The position numbers were made by a program, and so were the translations under genes. A model generated the notes under the pieces. The model was not told the DNA's origin. It did no database searches and was given only the letters and a program-made list of their open reading frames with translations. Source: an uncultured Candidatus Actinomarina sp. (GTDB lineage: Bacteria; Actinomycetota; Acidimicrobiia; Actinomarinales; Actinomarinaceae). From it: a DNA stretch of 64,000 bases. The DNA lies in NCBI GenBank assembly GCA_902510055.1, contig CABWZY010000004.1, forward strand, positions 16,365-80,364, given 5' to 3'. Of this stretch, positions 46,825 through 57,797 are shown in pieces; within the stretch, counting starts at the first letter, position 1, and each line of letters starts with the position of its first letter.

Positions 46825-48243
46825 ATGAAAACCTTAAATAATATTGAAGAGTTAATTTCTAGTAGAAATATAAATTCTAATGAAATAATAAACAGCACTG
46901 TTGATATATCTAAAAATTCAATACTTTTTATTAATAATCAATCATTAGAAAAGCTTGATAAATTAGTTAGAGAAGCTCTTGATAGTGATGTAAAAGCAAT
47001 TGTAACTAAGGAAGACTGTACTGTCACAAACGATAAAATAATAAAAGTAGAAAATTATGATGCAATATTTAAAGATGTATTACAAAAAATATGTCCAAAT
47101 TATGAAAATAAAAATTTTTATGGAATAACTGGAACAAATGGTAAAACAACAACGGGATTCTATTTAAATCAGTTAATTAGTTCGAAATCATTATTTATTG
47201 GTACCACTGAGACAGATTTATTAAAAAAAATTACTAATGAAGAACATTTAACAACTCCTAAACTTTTCAATATAATAAAATTATTAGGCCTTAAAGAAAA
47301 TAACAAAACTGATGATGTAGTAATTGAAATATCTTCCCATGCTTTAGAACAAGAAAGATTAAAAGGATTAAAATTTAAAGTAGCTGGTTTTACAAATTTA
47401 TCCCAAGACCATTTTGATTATCATAAAAATATTGAAAACTATTTTAATTCAAAATTGAAACTTTTTAATAGTGATATTTCAGAAAAATTTGTATATATAG
47501 ATTCAGAATGGGGAAGTAAGATTAAATCATTAACAACTATACCTTCATTCAGTATTGGAATGAATAAAAAAAATAATTTATACATAAAAAATATTATTGT
47601 TAGAAAAGAAAATTATGATATAAAATTTGAAATTGAAGGAAAAAAATATGATGTTTCGATTCCTTTATCAGGTCCAGAATCACATTTAAATTATTTACTT
47701 GCGTTTTCAATGGCTTATTTTTCAGATCTTAATAATTTAGATTCAATAATGGAAGCATCATTGAAATTGAAAAATCCGGAAGGTAGGTATGAAATTATAA
47801 AATATATAAAAAATAATGAAATTATTGTAGATTTTGCTCACACTCCAGAATCAATTACACAAGTGATTAAATTTGTTAAAAACAAATATAGTAAAGTAAT
47901 TGTTATTTTGGGTGCTGGTGGAAACAGAGATAAAGAAAAGAGACCTTTAATGGGTAAAGCTGCTAATTTAGCCGACAAGATAATAATAACAAATGATAAT
48001 CCTAGGTATGAAGACGAAGAAGAAATAGCAAAAAATATATTGAGCGGTATTAAGTTAAATAAAAATACAGAAATAATACTTAATAGAAAAGAAGCAATAA
48101 TAGAAGGAATTAATAATCTCGAGGAAGATTCTGTATTATTAATATTAGGGAAAGGCCATGAGAAAATTCAAGAATTTAAAAACTCTTCAGTTGAATTTAG
48201 CGATAAAAAAATAGTTAACGATTATATTAAGGAAAAAATATGA
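46825..48243 (+). CDS. murE: UDP-MurNAc-L-Ala-D-Glu:meso-diaminopimelate ligase
   Basis: 472 aa with the GITGTNGKTTT P-loop and the DNPR motif (TNDNPRYED), which is characteristic of DAP-adding MurE. Confidence 0.85.
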   Translation: MKTLNNIEELISSRNINSNEIINSTVDISKNSILFINNQSLEKLDKLVREALDSDVKAIVTKEDCTVTNDKIIKVENYDAIFKDVLQKICPNYENKNFYGITGTNGKTTTGFYLNQLISSKSLFIGTTETDLLKKITNEEHLTTPKLFNIIKLLGLKENNKTDDVVIEISSHALEQERLKGLKFKVAGFTNLSQDHFDYHKNIENYFNSKLKLFNSDISEKFVYIDSEWGSKIKSLTTIPSFSIGMNKKNNLYIKNIIVRKENYDIKFEIEGKKYDVSIPLSGPESHLNYLLAFSMAYFSDLNNLDSIMEASLKLKNPEGRYEIIKYIKNNEIIVDFAHTPESITQVIKFVKNKYSKVIVILGAGGNRDKEKRPLMGKAANLADKIIITNDNPRYEDEEEIAKNILSGIKLNKNTEIILNRKEAIIEGINNLEEDSVLLILGKGHEKIQEFKNSSVEFSDKKIVNDYIKEKI

Positions 48244-49298
48244 TTGGAATAATAGTTGCAGGTGGTCTTGGGTTCTTATTCGTCATCTTTTCTACATCAA
48301 TTGGTGTTAATTATTTTAAAACAAGAAATATAGGACAACCAATACAAGAAGAATTAAAATTTCACGAGCATAAAAAGGGGACTCCAACAATGGGGGGAGT
48401 ATTTATTATAATTGGAACTTTCGTTGGTTTTATTTTGTCACATATAAATTTTTGGACTATTGGGAAAGGTTTTAAGGTTGAATTATTATCTATAAAACCA
48501 GAAATATTTAATCTTTTACTTTTAGGAACACTAATGGGCTTTGTTGGCTTTATTGATGATTATTTAAAAGTAAATAAGAATAGAAATTTAGGTTTAAAAC
48601 CAAAAAATAAATTTATCTTACAAACAATTGTGGCTTTATTGGCAAGTTACTATTTTTATTTTTTAAATGACTCGACTACTTTCTATCTTTTTAGTGGTTT
48701 TGGTATCGATGTTGGAATTATTAAATGGTTTTTAATTGTATTTATTATTGTTGGAATAACTAATGCTGTAAATTTAACTGATGGATTAGACGGTTTAGTT
48801 GCTGGAAGTTCTTCAGTATCTTTTGGTGGCATATTAATAATTGCCTTCTGGATATTTAGGCATCCAGATTATTATTCTAATTTCATAGATCCTATTTTTA
48901 TTTCAGTTGAATTAGCAGTTTTGATATCGTCAATAGCTGGCTCTTGCTTAGGTTTCCTATGGTGGAACACCAACCCAGCAAAAATAATTATGGGAGATGT
49001 TGGTTCACAATTTATTGGCTCAATGTTCCCGTTAATATTATTTGCTATTGGAGCTGATACCTTAATCCTCTTTTTTTGCTTCCTTTATATTATTGAAGCA
49101 ATGTCTGTAATAATTCAAGTTTTGTCATTTAAATATAGAGGTAAAAGAGTTTTCAAAATGACCCCTATACACCATCATTTTGAGATGGATAATTGGGCAG
49201 AAACAACTATTATTGTTCGTTTTTGGATTATAAACGGAATCGTTATCGTAATAGGGCTAGGTCTTTTCTATGGTGATTGGGTCTTGTTCGGTAATTAA
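48240..49298 (+). CDS. mraY: Phospho-N-acetylmuramoyl-pentapeptide transferase
   Basis: 352 aa, 10 TM, with KKGTPTMGG, NAVNLTDGLDGL and PIHHHFE motifs. ATGA overlap with murE. Confidence 0.95.
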   Translation: MIGIIVAGGLGFLFVIFSTSIGVNYFKTRNIGQPIQEELKFHEHKKGTPTMGGVFIIIGTFVGFILSHINFWTIGKGFKVELLSIKPEIFNLLLLGTLMGFVGFIDDYLKVNKNRNLGLKPKNKFILQTIVALLASYYFYFLNDSTTFYLFSGFGIDVGIIKWFLIVFIIVGITNAVNLTDGLDGLVAGSSSVSFGGILIIAFWIFRHPDYYSNFIDPIFISVELAVLISSIAGSCLGFLWWNTNPAKIIMGDVGSQFIGSMFPLILFAIGADTLILFFCFLYIIEAMSVIIQVLSFKYRGKRVFKMTPIHHHFEMDNWAETTIIVRFWIINGIVIVIGLGLFYGDWVLFGN

Positions 49299-50480
49299 GT
49301 GAAAAAACTAATTTTTGGATATGGAGCAACAGGAAAATCAGTAGAAACTTATTTTCAAAAAAATAATATCGAATATGTTATTTATGATGATGATAAAGAA
49401 ATAGAAATAGCAAAAAACCAAAAATTTAAAGGTAGTAATTTTGAAGATGTAGATGAAGTAATAATTTCTCCAGGAATTAAACCAACTCATGAACTTTTAA
49501 ATGAAATTAATTCTCGAGGAATACCTGTTAAGACCGATATTGATTTATTTAATGAAATTTATACAGGTAAGTTAATTGGTATTACAGGAACTAATGGTAA
49601 GACAACCCTTGTGAATTTATTAACAGGTTTTTTAAATTCACAAGGAATAAAAGCAACTGCAGTTGGAAATGTTGGTAAATCCCCGTTGGGAGTTATTGAT
49701 AAAGAATACGAATATATAGTAATTGAACTTTCTAGCTTCCAGCTTTACTATCTAAACAATTTAAATTTACATATTGGAATAATTTTAAATATATATCAGG
49801 ACCATTTAGACTGGCACAAAAATTTTGATGAATATTTACAATCCAAAAAAAGAATTAAACAGTTCATTGAAAATATAGACGATTCTATAAAAGACAATAA
49901 TTTTATTGGTAGCTTGATGCCTGGAACAATTAATTCAAATTTATATTCTGAAATTAAAGAGAAATCTATATTTTTTGACAATACAGTAGATATTTTTATG
50001 CAGGCTATTGAGAAACTAGAGTTAAATTATGAATCAGCAAAAGAATACTTAATAAATAGTGAGAATTCTGAACATAGATTTGAATTAGTTGATGTACATA
50101 AAGGTATAACATACATTAATGATTCCAAGTCAACAAATTTCAATTCAGTTTCCATGGCTACTACAAAAATCAATAATGGTGTATTGATAATGCATGGTTT
50201 AACTAAAAATATGGATTCTAAAGATTTAGATATCTCAAAAGAAATAAAAAAAATAATTTTGCCAAAAGATATGCAAGTTAATTTAAACAATACAAAGGCA
50301 GAAATAATTGAGCTAGACTCAATATTCGAACTTGAAGAAAAATTAGAAAAAAACTTACATTCTGGTGATACAGTTTTATTTTCTTGCGGAGGTTCTAGTT
50401 TTAATGATTTTAAGAATTATGAGGAGAGAGGTAATTTCTTTAAATCAGTTGTTTCAAATATTAAGGTAAAAAATGGTTAA
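49299..50480 (+). CDS. murD: UDP-MurNAc-L-alanine:D-glutamate ligase
   Basis: 393 aa with GYGATGKS (N-terminal Rossmann) and GITGTNGKTT. Canonical dcw position. GTG start. Confidence 0.85.
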   Translation: MKKLIFGYGATGKSVETYFQKNNIEYVIYDDDKEIEIAKNQKFKGSNFEDVDEVIISPGIKPTHELLNEINSRGIPVKTDIDLFNEIYTGKLIGITGTNGKTTLVNLLTGFLNSQGIKATAVGNVGKSPLGVIDKEYEYIVIELSSFQLYYLNNLNLHIGIILNIYQDHLDWHKNFDEYLQSKKRIKQFIENIDDSIKDNNFIGSLMPGTINSNLYSEIKEKSIFFDNTVDIFMQAIEKLELNYESAKEYLINSENSEHRFELVDVHKGITYINDSKSTNFNSVSMATTKINNGVLIMHGLTKNMDSKDLDISKEIKKIILPKDMQVNLNNTKAEIIELDSIFELEEKLEKNLHSGDTVLFSCGGSSFNDFKNYEERGNFFKSVVSNIKVKNG

Positions 50481-51591
50481 ATTAAGTCATAATACTTTTA
50501 AAAAAATCAATGTAGTTTCTATATCCTTTCTTGTAACTGTCGGTATTTTATTAAATTTATCAGCTTCATCAGTTATAGGCCTAAAAGAATTTAATGATAA
50601 TTTTCATTATATAAAAAGACACGTTGGAGGAATAATTTTAGGTTTAATTATTTATAATATTGGTAAAAAATTTTCTAAAGATTATTATAAAAAATTAGCT
50701 TATTCCGGAATGTTATCTATCACGGCTATATTATTTTTAGTACTTACATATGGTGTAGTAGCTGGTGGAAGTAGGAGGTGGATTGATTTAGGTAGTATTA
50801 ACTTTCAGCCTAGTGAATTTGCTAAACCGATAATTATTTTATTTATTGCTCACCATTTATCAAATATTAAAAATGATAAATCAGATTTTTATAATTTAAA
50901 ATATGCATTAGGGTTTCCAGCTCTCTCTGCACTTTTAGTATTATTAGAACCAGATTTTGGAACTACCTTAACAATCTCAGGTATTATTTTATTTCAATTA
51001 TTATTTTCAGAGATAAAATTAAGATATCCATTATCAATAATAGCCTTATCACCAATACCTACATATCTAGCAATAAATGTTATGGGGTATAGAAATAAGA
51101 GATTCACTATTTGGTATGAAAAAATATGTGACGGTACAGATATCTCAGCAGAGTTATTAGCTGATGAATGTTATCAAATCTTTCAAAGTAAACTTGCAAT
51201 TAGTTCAGGTGGATTATTTGGATTAGGACCTGGTACTTCAAGAGCTAGATGGGGTAGTCTCCCTAATTCATGGACTGATTTTGTAGCTTCAATTGCAGCA
51301 GAAGAATATGGTTTTTTTGGGCTTCTATTTTTAGTAATTGGTTTATTTTCTTTGGTAATATCATTCTTTGGTCTTGGCTTAACCAGTAATAATGAATTTA
51401 CTAGATTATTTTTTGTTGGAATGGGGTCATGGGTTTTAATTCAAACTGTATTTAACTTAGGTGGAATAGTTGGATTATTACCAATAACTGGTATTGTTTT
51501 GCCATTCGTAGCTTACGGAAGCTCAGCAATGGTATCCATTTTTATAGGCCTTACTATGGCATACGCTAAAGATAGTAATGAGGATTTATGA
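50473..51591 (+). CDS. ftsW: SEDS-family peptidoglycan glycosyltransferase FtsW
   Basis: 372 aa, polytopic, with QPSEFAKP, EPDFGT, and LPNSWTDFV...AEEYGF motifs of FtsW/RodA. Confidence 0.9.
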   Translation: MVKLSHNTFKKINVVSISFLVTVGILLNLSASSVIGLKEFNDNFHYIKRHVGGIILGLIIYNIGKKFSKDYYKKLAYSGMLSITAILFLVLTYGVVAGGSRRWIDLGSINFQPSEFAKPIIILFIAHHLSNIKNDKSDFYNLKYALGFPALSALLVLLEPDFGTTLTISGIILFQLLFSEIKLRYPLSIIALSPIPTYLAINVMGYRNKRFTIWYEKICDGTDISAELLADECYQIFQSKLAISSGGLFGLGPGTSRARWGSLPNSWTDFVASIAAEEYGFFGLLFLVIGLFSLVISFFGLGLTSNNEFTRLFFVGMGSWVLIQTVFNLGGIVGLLPITGIVLPFVAYGSSAMVSIFIGLTMAYAKDSNEDL

Positions 51592-52619
51592 AAAAAATAG
51601 CAATATTTTGTGTTGGAACAGGAGGCCATGTTTTACCAGCAAAAAATATAATTATACAATTAAATGATGATGGTATTGAGTTAAAGAATATTATTGTCAT
51701 TACCGACGAAAGAGGTTCAGAATATTTAAAAGATTTAAATATTAAAATTTACATACAAGAGATATACCGTTCAAAAGTTGGCATTATTGGTTATATATTA
51801 AATTTTCATAAAGTATTAAAAACAGTAATAAAAACGAGATCAATAATAAAAAAAGAAAGAGTTAAAATAATTTTATCAACAGGCTCTTATGTTTCACCGA
51901 TCGCTTCATTGCTAAGTTTTACACTTGGTATTAAGTATTTTGGTCAAGAGCAAAATATATATGCAGGATTAGGTAATAAGTTAAGCTGTCTTTTACCTGG
52001 AATAATATTTACATCTTATCCAGATACTAAAAATCTTATAAAAAACAAAGGTACTTATGTCGGGCCAGTAATAAATAAAGATATAATAAAAAAAATTAAA
52101 GAAAATAGAGATATTCTAACAATTGGGATTCAAGGTGGTAGTCAAGGGTCAAAACAAATAAACGACTATGTTTATAAATTTTTAAACAAAAACAAGACAG
52201 TTGATGTAAGTTTTATACATATTACTGGTAAAGATAAATCTAATGATATATTAAATATAAAGAATTATATACAGTATGAATTTGTTGAAAACATGAATAG
52301 TTATTACTCAAAAATTAATTTACAAATATCAAGATCTGGAGGTGGAGCTTTAGAGGCAGCTTATTTAGGAATACCTCAAATTCTTATACCCTTTAAACAT
52401 GGAACTACATCTTCTCATCAAATTTTAAATGCTGAATATCTGGAAGACTTAGGAATTGCGATAATTGTTAATTCATACAATGAATTTGAAAGAAACTTAT
52501 TAGATGTTATTAACAATTATATGGATAGTGAAAAAGGAATCTTTAACACTGTAGATATTCAAATTGGAAATATAAAAATATCTAGATACTTAAAGGAAGC
52601 ATTTAATGAAATATTATAA
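51588..52619 (+). CDS. murG: Lipid II synthase MurG (UDP-GlcNAc transferase)
   Basis: 343 aa with GTGGHVLPA near the N-terminus and SRSGGGALEAAYLGIPQILIP in the C-terminal half. Confidence 0.85.
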   Translation: MKKIAIFCVGTGGHVLPAKNIIIQLNDDGIELKNIIVITDERGSEYLKDLNIKIYIQEIYRSKVGIIGYILNFHKVLKTVIKTRSIIKKERVKIILSTGSYVSPIASLLSFTLGIKYFGQEQNIYAGLGNKLSCLLPGIIFTSYPDTKNLIKNKGTYVGPVINKDIIKKIKENRDILTIGIQGGSQGSKQINDYVYKFLNKNKTVDVSFIHITGKDKSNDILNIKNYIQYEFVENMNSYYSKINLQISRSGGGALEAAYLGIPQILIPFKHGTTSSHQILNAEYLEDLGIAIIVNSYNEFERNLLDVINNYMDSEKGIFNTVDIQIGNIKISRYLKEAFNEIL

Positions 52620-53916
52620 AGACGTATATATATTTGGTATCGGAGGTTCAGGCATGAGCTCTATAGCTAAATATTTAGTACAGCAAAATAAAAATGTTTC
52701 AGGATATGATCAAAGAAAATCATTTGTAACAAATCAGCTTAACCAAGATGGTATTAACGTTGACTTTGAATTAGATAATTTAAAATATTCTGATGAAACT
52801 CTTTATATTTATTCATCAGCTATTTCAATGGAAAAAACAAACTTAATAAACTATTTGGATAATGAAAATATACTATCAAGACCTGAATATCTTAAGTTAC
52901 TATCTAAAACAAATAAAATTATTGGAGTTACAGGGACACATGGTAAAACCTCTACGACAGCGTTGTTGGCACATATATTTCACTATAACGATATAAATGT
53001 TTCATATATTTTTGGAGGCATGACATCATTTCACGGAATTGGTGGACACTATGGGGATCAAGAACAACCCTTAATTTTAGAAACTGATGAAGCTTTCAAT
53101 ACATTTAAAAATATAGAAATTGATGATTTATTAGTAACCAATATAGATGTTGACCACCTTGATTATTTCGAAAATTTTAATAACTTAATTGATGCTTTCA
53201 AGCATGTTATTCAAAATGTTAAAGAGAATTTAGTATTGAATTATGATGATCACAACATAAGAGAATTGGTATTAGAGAATAAATATATAACTTATTCTTC
53301 GTCACAAGATTCAGATATAAAAATCAAATATCCTAATAAAATTATTATAGATAGTACAGAATACGTTATAAGTACAAAACTAATAGGCTCTCACTTTATA
53401 TCTAATATAACGGGAGCCATTGCTTTAGCTAATGTTAATGGTATAAAAACAATGGAAGCTTTAGAAGCTATAAAAACATTCCCAGGTGTTAAAAGAAGGA
53501 CTGAATACCTTGGCTCTATAAATGGTATAAATGTATACGATGATTATGGTCACCATCCTACAGAAATAATAGCTACAATTTCAGCACTTAAAGAGCATAC
53601 TAAAGGAAAGTTGTATGTTATTTTTCAACCACACAGGTATACAAGAACAAAAAATAGTTTTAATGATTTTAAAAATGCTTTAACTAAGGCTGATCACACT
53701 GTTGTTGTTGATATTTATCCAGCTGGAGAAAAACCAATACCTGGAGTAACAAGTAAAAACTTTGAATATCAAAATATACATTATTTAAAATCTATGAGAA
53801 TGGTTCCTAGTTATTTAAGTTCTAAAGTTAAAGAGAATGATACTATTTTAACGCTTGGAGCTGGAGATATTACTTTATTAGGACCACAGATATTAAAATA
53901 TTTAGATGAAATTTAA
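52606..53916 (+). CDS. murC: UDP-N-acetylmuramate:L-alanine ligase
   Basis: 436 aa with FGIGGSGMSSIA, GVTGTHGKTSTT and DDYGHHPTE. Confidence 0.9.
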   Translation: MKYYKDVYIFGIGGSGMSSIAKYLVQQNKNVSGYDQRKSFVTNQLNQDGINVDFELDNLKYSDETLYIYSSAISMEKTNLINYLDNENILSRPEYLKLLSKTNKIIGVTGTHGKTSTTALLAHIFHYNDINVSYIFGGMTSFHGIGGHYGDQEQPLILETDEAFNTFKNIEIDDLLVTNIDVDHLDYFENFNNLIDAFKHVIQNVKENLVLNYDDHNIRELVLENKYITYSSSQDSDIKIKYPNKIIIDSTEYVISTKLIGSHFISNITGAIALANVNGIKTMEALEAIKTFPGVKRRTEYLGSINGINVYDDYGHHPTEIIATISALKEHTKGKLYVIFQPHRYTRTKNSFNDFKNALTKADHTVVVDIYPAGEKPIPGVTSKNFEYQNIHYLKSMRMVPSYLSSKVKENDTILTLGAGDITLLGPQILKYLDEI

Positions 53917-54760
53917 AATTAAACTATCGAATGTAACGACCTACAAATTTGGAGGTAATTGTGATAGTTTTTATAAAATTTCAGAGAAAGATATAGACTC
54001 ATTCAAAGAAGCGTTTTCAAATAATGAAAACTTTATACTTGGCAGGGGTTCCAATGTTGCTTTTTCCGACTACGGATATGAAGGTAATATAATTAATCCA
54101 AATTTTAATAGTTTTACTTATGATGATAGCTTGTCAGAAGTAAAAGTAGGAGCATCTATTTTCTTGCCTGACCTTTCTAGGTACTATAAAACAAACAACT
54201 TAGTTAATGCTGAGTTTTTGATTGGTATTCCTGGTTCCGTAGGGGGAGCAGTTAAAATGAACGCCGGTGCATATGGTTGGGAATTTTCAGATCTAATCAA
54301 AAGTCTTGAAGTATATAATTTAGATACCAACAAGATCGAAATTTTACTAAAAGAAGACCTTAATTTTGGTTATAGATCTTCCAATAATTTAGACAGAAAG
54401 ATTGTAATGTCCGCTACTTTATCTGCTAATGAAGGAGACCCTAAGGTAATAAGTAATAGGCTTAAAGAGAATGTAGCTTACAGGAAAAAAACACAGCCTG
54501 CAGCAATATACAATGCAGGGAGCGTTTTTAAAAATACAAAAGATTATTCTGCAGGCGAACTCATCGATAGATCTGGTCTTAAAGGATATAACATTGACGG
54601 CGTGAAAGTAAGTAAAAAACATGCTAATTTTTTTATAGCTTCAAAAGGAGCTCAAGCAGTGTCTCTTTATAACCTAGTAAACCACGTCAAAGAGGTTGTA
54701 GATAACAAATATGGTGTCTCCTTAGAAAAAGAGATCATATTTGTTGGTAAATTTGATTAG
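53906..54760 (+). CDS. murB: UDP-N-acetylenolpyruvoylglucosamine reductase
   Basis: 284 aa with LGRGSNV, IPGSVGGAVKMNAGAYG, GYRSS and GSVFKN motifs of FAD-dependent MurB. Confidence 0.85.
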   Translation: MKFKIKLSNVTTYKFGGNCDSFYKISEKDIDSFKEAFSNNENFILGRGSNVAFSDYGYEGNIINPNFNSFTYDDSLSEVKVGASIFLPDLSRYYKTNNLVNAEFLIGIPGSVGGAVKMNAGAYGWEFSDLIKSLEVYNLDTNKIEILLKEDLNFGYRSSNNLDRKIVMSATLSANEGDPKVISNRLKENVAYRKKTQPAAIYNAGSVFKNTKDYSAGELIDRSGLKGYNIDGVKVSKKHANFFIASKGAQAVSLYNLVNHVKEVVDNKYGVSLEKEIIFVGKFD

Positions 54761-54762
54761 AT

Positions 54763-55461
54763 ATGAATTATGGAGAAATTGAAAGACAGACACTTAGGAC
54801 TTTTCTAGCATTCTCAACCATACTCATTGCTCTAATTTTAGTATTTTTCAACATCACTTCGGACCTGTATAGAATATCCGACATTGAGTATGATGAGAAT
54901 CTTGGACTAAACATGTACTCCTTAGAGAGTTTGAGGGGAACCTCTATTTGGTTGGTTGACGATAAATACTTTGCTAGTTTTTATGAAGAAAATCCTACAG
55001 TAGAAAGTATCTCTATAAAAAAACAACTACCGGATAAACTAATTTTCCAAATTGACATTTCAGAGAAACTTGCACACATCCAGGACAACAGACAATCACC
55101 ACCTAGAATGTTTGTACTCCATAAAAATTTATACGCTCTAGATTCTGAAATGAAAGAAGGCCTTCTAACTATAAAAATAAATAATGGCCCAGTGAAAGAT
55201 GGTTTCCTAGAAGAAGTAGTTTCCCTCATAATGACACTTAAGAAGTATTCTTTAAATCTATCTAACATAGAGGGCACTTATGATGGAGAGTCGATGAAGC
55301 TGAAGCATTTTGATACTGAGTTTTATCTAGGTTCCCCCTCAGACCTTGGAAGAAAAGCTGCAGTTATAGGTTATTACATCTCTGAACAGACTTGCAAAGG
55401 GGAAATAAGACTCGTTTACAGTGAGGGTGGCGAGATAAGGGCAGTAGTTAGTTGTCAGTAA
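54763..55461 (+). CDS. ftsQ: FtsQ/DivIB-like cell-division protein
   Basis: 232 aa with a single TM followed by a POTRA-like region. It lies immediately upstream of ftsZ. Confidence 0.6.
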   Translation: MNYGEIERQTLRTFLAFSTILIALILVFFNITSDLYRISDIEYDENLGLNMYSLESLRGTSIWLVDDKYFASFYEENPTVESISIKKQLPDKLIFQIDISEKLAHIQDNRQSPPRMFVLHKNLYALDSEMKEGLLTIKINNGPVKDGFLEEVVSLIMTLKKYSLNLSNIEGTYDGESMKLKHFDTEFYLGSPSDLGRKAAVIGYYISEQTCKGEIRLVYSEGGEIRAVVSCQ

Positions 55462-55555
55462 TCTAAATCTATACTATAGATATAGATAAAATAAAAAAAA
55501 TTATTGTTTATATCCTTAGCAAGTGATATTCTTATACGAAAATAAGGATTATTAA

Positions 55556-56626
55556 ATGGCTACAAAAAGTAACAAAAAAAAAGAAAAGGGTGTGAATTTG
55601 AATATGAGACCAAGGAATTATTCAGCTGTAATTAAAGTTGTAGGTGTTGGTGGCGGTGGAACGAATGCTGTTAACAGAATGATCAAATTGGGCATCAAGG
55701 GTGTAGATTTTGTTGCTTGTAATACAGACGCTCAAAGCTTGCTTGGTTCAAAAGCAGATTTAAAATTAGATCTTGGAAGAAAATCAACCAGAGGACTTGG
55801 TGCTGGTGCTAATCCTGAAATTGGAAGGCAAGCAGCTGTGGATTCGGAAGAATTGATCGCAGAAGCACTAAAAGGCTCAGACATGGTTTTTATTGCCGCA
55901 GGAGAAGGTGGTGGAACTGGAACAGGTGCATCTCCAATATTAGCTAATGTAGCCCATGAGTTAGGAGCCTTAACAGTAGGTGTAGTTACTAGACCGTTCG
56001 GATTCGAAGGAAGAAGAAGGTCTGTACAAGCTGAAGAAGGGATTCAAGCTTTAAGAGATGTTGTTGATACTTTGATAGTTATTCCAAATGACAGGCTTCT
56101 ACAAATAAGTGATAAAGACATAAAGATTAGTGAAGCTTACCTTAAATCAGATGAAATATTAGCAAACGGAGTTAAAGGGATAACAGGTTTGATAACAAAC
56201 CCAGGGGTTATAAATGTTGACTTTGCTGATGTAAGAACAATATTAAAGGATGCAGGAAATGCGGTTCTAGGTATAGGTAAATCTACCGGAGAACAAAGAG
56301 CTCCAAATGCAGCTCAGGCTGCAATCTCTTCGCCTTTACTTGAAGCGAATATGGATGGTGCAGAGGGTGTTCTTATTACAATAGCTGGATCTGAAGACCT
56401 TAAGTTACAAGAAGTTAACGAAGCTGCAAGAGTTATCACAGAAAGAGCAGATGATAATGCAGAGATTATTTTTGGACACCTTGTGGATGACACTTTAGGC
56501 GATGCTGTCGAGGTAACAGTTGTAGCAGCTGGATTTGGACCTAGACCAAATAGGCGTCCAACTGGTGTTGATAACGGTGATGATGGCAGTGGAGGTGATG
56601 GTCTCCCTGATTTCATCAGAGGATGA
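55556..56626 (+). CDS. ftsZ: Cell-division GTPase FtsZ
   Basis: GVGGGGTNAVNRM and GGGTGTGASP tubulin signatures are present, along with the C-terminal DGLPDFIRG docking peptide. AAGGA SD lies upstream. Confidence 0.97.
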   Translation: MATKSNKKKEKGVNLNMRPRNYSAVIKVVGVGGGGTNAVNRMIKLGIKGVDFVACNTDAQSLLGSKADLKLDLGRKSTRGLGAGANPEIGRQAAVDSEELIAEALKGSDMVFIAAGEGGGTGTGASPILANVAHELGALTVGVVTRPFGFEGRRRSVQAEEGIQALRDVVDTLIVIPNDRLLQISDKDIKISEAYLKSDEILANGVKGITGLITNPGVINVDFADVRTILKDAGNAVLGIGKSTGEQRAPNAAQAAISSPLLEANMDGAEGVLITIAGSEDLKLQEVNEAARVITERADDNAEIIFGHLVDDTLGDAVEVTVVAAGFGPRPNRRPTGVDNGDDGSGGDGLPDFIRG

Positions 56627-57192
56627 TTCATTCCAAATTAATTTCTAACGGACAATTTTACGATTCATTCGATTTAGAAGACACTAAAGGGTTTGATGTT
56701 GCCTCAATGGAACAATCACATAGTGATGTTTTTATAGAAGTAGATAGACCTGGGGTATACAAAACTGATGCATTAATTACAAAGAAAAAAAATTTAATGC
56801 TAGTTGTTAAAACGGCAGACTGTATGCCTGTATTAATTTCTGACGGTAAAAAGGTTGGAGTAGTTCATATAGGATGGAAAGGTCTAGAAAATAAAATATT
56901 CTACAAAACAATTTCAAAATTTGATAAATCCAAATTAAAAGTATCTATTGGACCCCATGCTCAAAAGTGTTGTTATGAAGTAAAGGAAGATTTGGAATTA
57001 AAATTTACTGAAAATTGTTTAAAAGAAGAAAATAAAATATATTTAGATCTTACAAAAGAAATTAAAGAATACTGTGAGACTAATAGTATAGAATTAGAAA
57101 TGATTGTTGAATGTACAATAGAAAATAAAAAATATAATTCATACAGAAGAGACAAGACTAATAAAAGACAATTGAGTTCAATATGGATATAA
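56623..57192 (+). CDS. pgeF: Peptidoglycan editing factor PgeF / YfiH (laccase-domain protein), short form
   Basis: 189 aa. QSHSDVF, TADCMPVL, VHIGWKG and NSYRRDKTNKRQLSSIWI align with the His-Cys-His core and C-terminus of E. coli YfiH as I recall it. About 40-50 N-terminal residues are absent. Confidence 0.85.
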   Translation: MIHSKLISNGQFYDSFDLEDTKGFDVASMEQSHSDVFIEVDRPGVYKTDALITKKKNLMLVVKTADCMPVLISDGKKVGVVHIGWKGLENKIFYKTISKFDKSKLKVSIGPHAQKCCYEVKEDLELKFTENCLKEENKIYLDLTKEIKEYCETNSIELEMIVECTIENKKYNSYRRDKTNKRQLSSIWI

Positions 57193-57797
57193 AATTATTA
57201 CAAGATATAAGTAATTTAACAAAAAAATACAATGCACAACTTCTTCCTGTAATAAAAGATAAAAAACTTGAAGACATTAAAGAAGTATATGATTTAGGTT
57301 TTAGAGAATTTGGTGAAAATCGCTTAGAACAGTTATTAGATCATAAAATCAAATTAGAGAAAGCAATGTTTCATTTTATTGCACCTTTACAATCAAGAAA
57401 AATAGAAGAAGTTATGGATAACTGTTTTTCTATACATACGTTATCAAGAAAAAAAGAAGCTTTGATAATAAATGAAAATTATTCTAATCAAAAAATATTT
57501 GTTCAAATTAATATCGATAACGATCCAAATAAAAATGGAATAAAAGTTGATGAAGTAGATATATTTTTTAGTATGTTTGAAGATTTAAGTTTTTTCCCAG
57601 TTGGGATTATGTGTATACCAAGCCTTGAAGATGACTCAAAAATTTCATTTTCTAATATGCAAAAAATCAACCAAAAGATAAAGAGCAATTTTAAACACTA
57701 TAAGGGTGAGCTTTCAATGGGTATGTCTGAGGATTATGAAATTGCTTTAGATTATGGTGCTACAATAATTCGAATAGGTAGTAAAATTTTTAGATAA
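57183..57797 (+). CDS. yggS: YggS-family PLP homeostasis protein
   Basis: 204 aa with FGENRLEQ, HFIAPLQSRK, LSMGMSEDY and IRIGSKIF. Confidence 0.8.
   Translation: MDIKLLQDISNLTKKYNAQLLPVIKDKKLEDIKEVYDLGFREFGENRLEQLLDHKIKLEKAMFHFIAPLQSRKIEEVMDNCFSIHTLSRKKEALIINENYSNQKIFVQINIDNDPNKNGIKVDEVDIFFSMFEDLSFFPVGIMCIPSLEDDSKISFSNMQKINQKIKSNFKHYKGELSMGMSEDYEIALDYGATIIRIGSKIFR

Noticed and set aside
55512-55549. Inverted repeat ATCCTTA ... TAAGGAT, whose 3' arm contains the ftsZ Shine-Dalgarno. It could be an RBS-sequestering hairpin.
   Set aside because: It has only 7 AT-rich base pairs with a 24-nt loop. Such matches are expected by chance in this composition, and the predicted stability is marginal.
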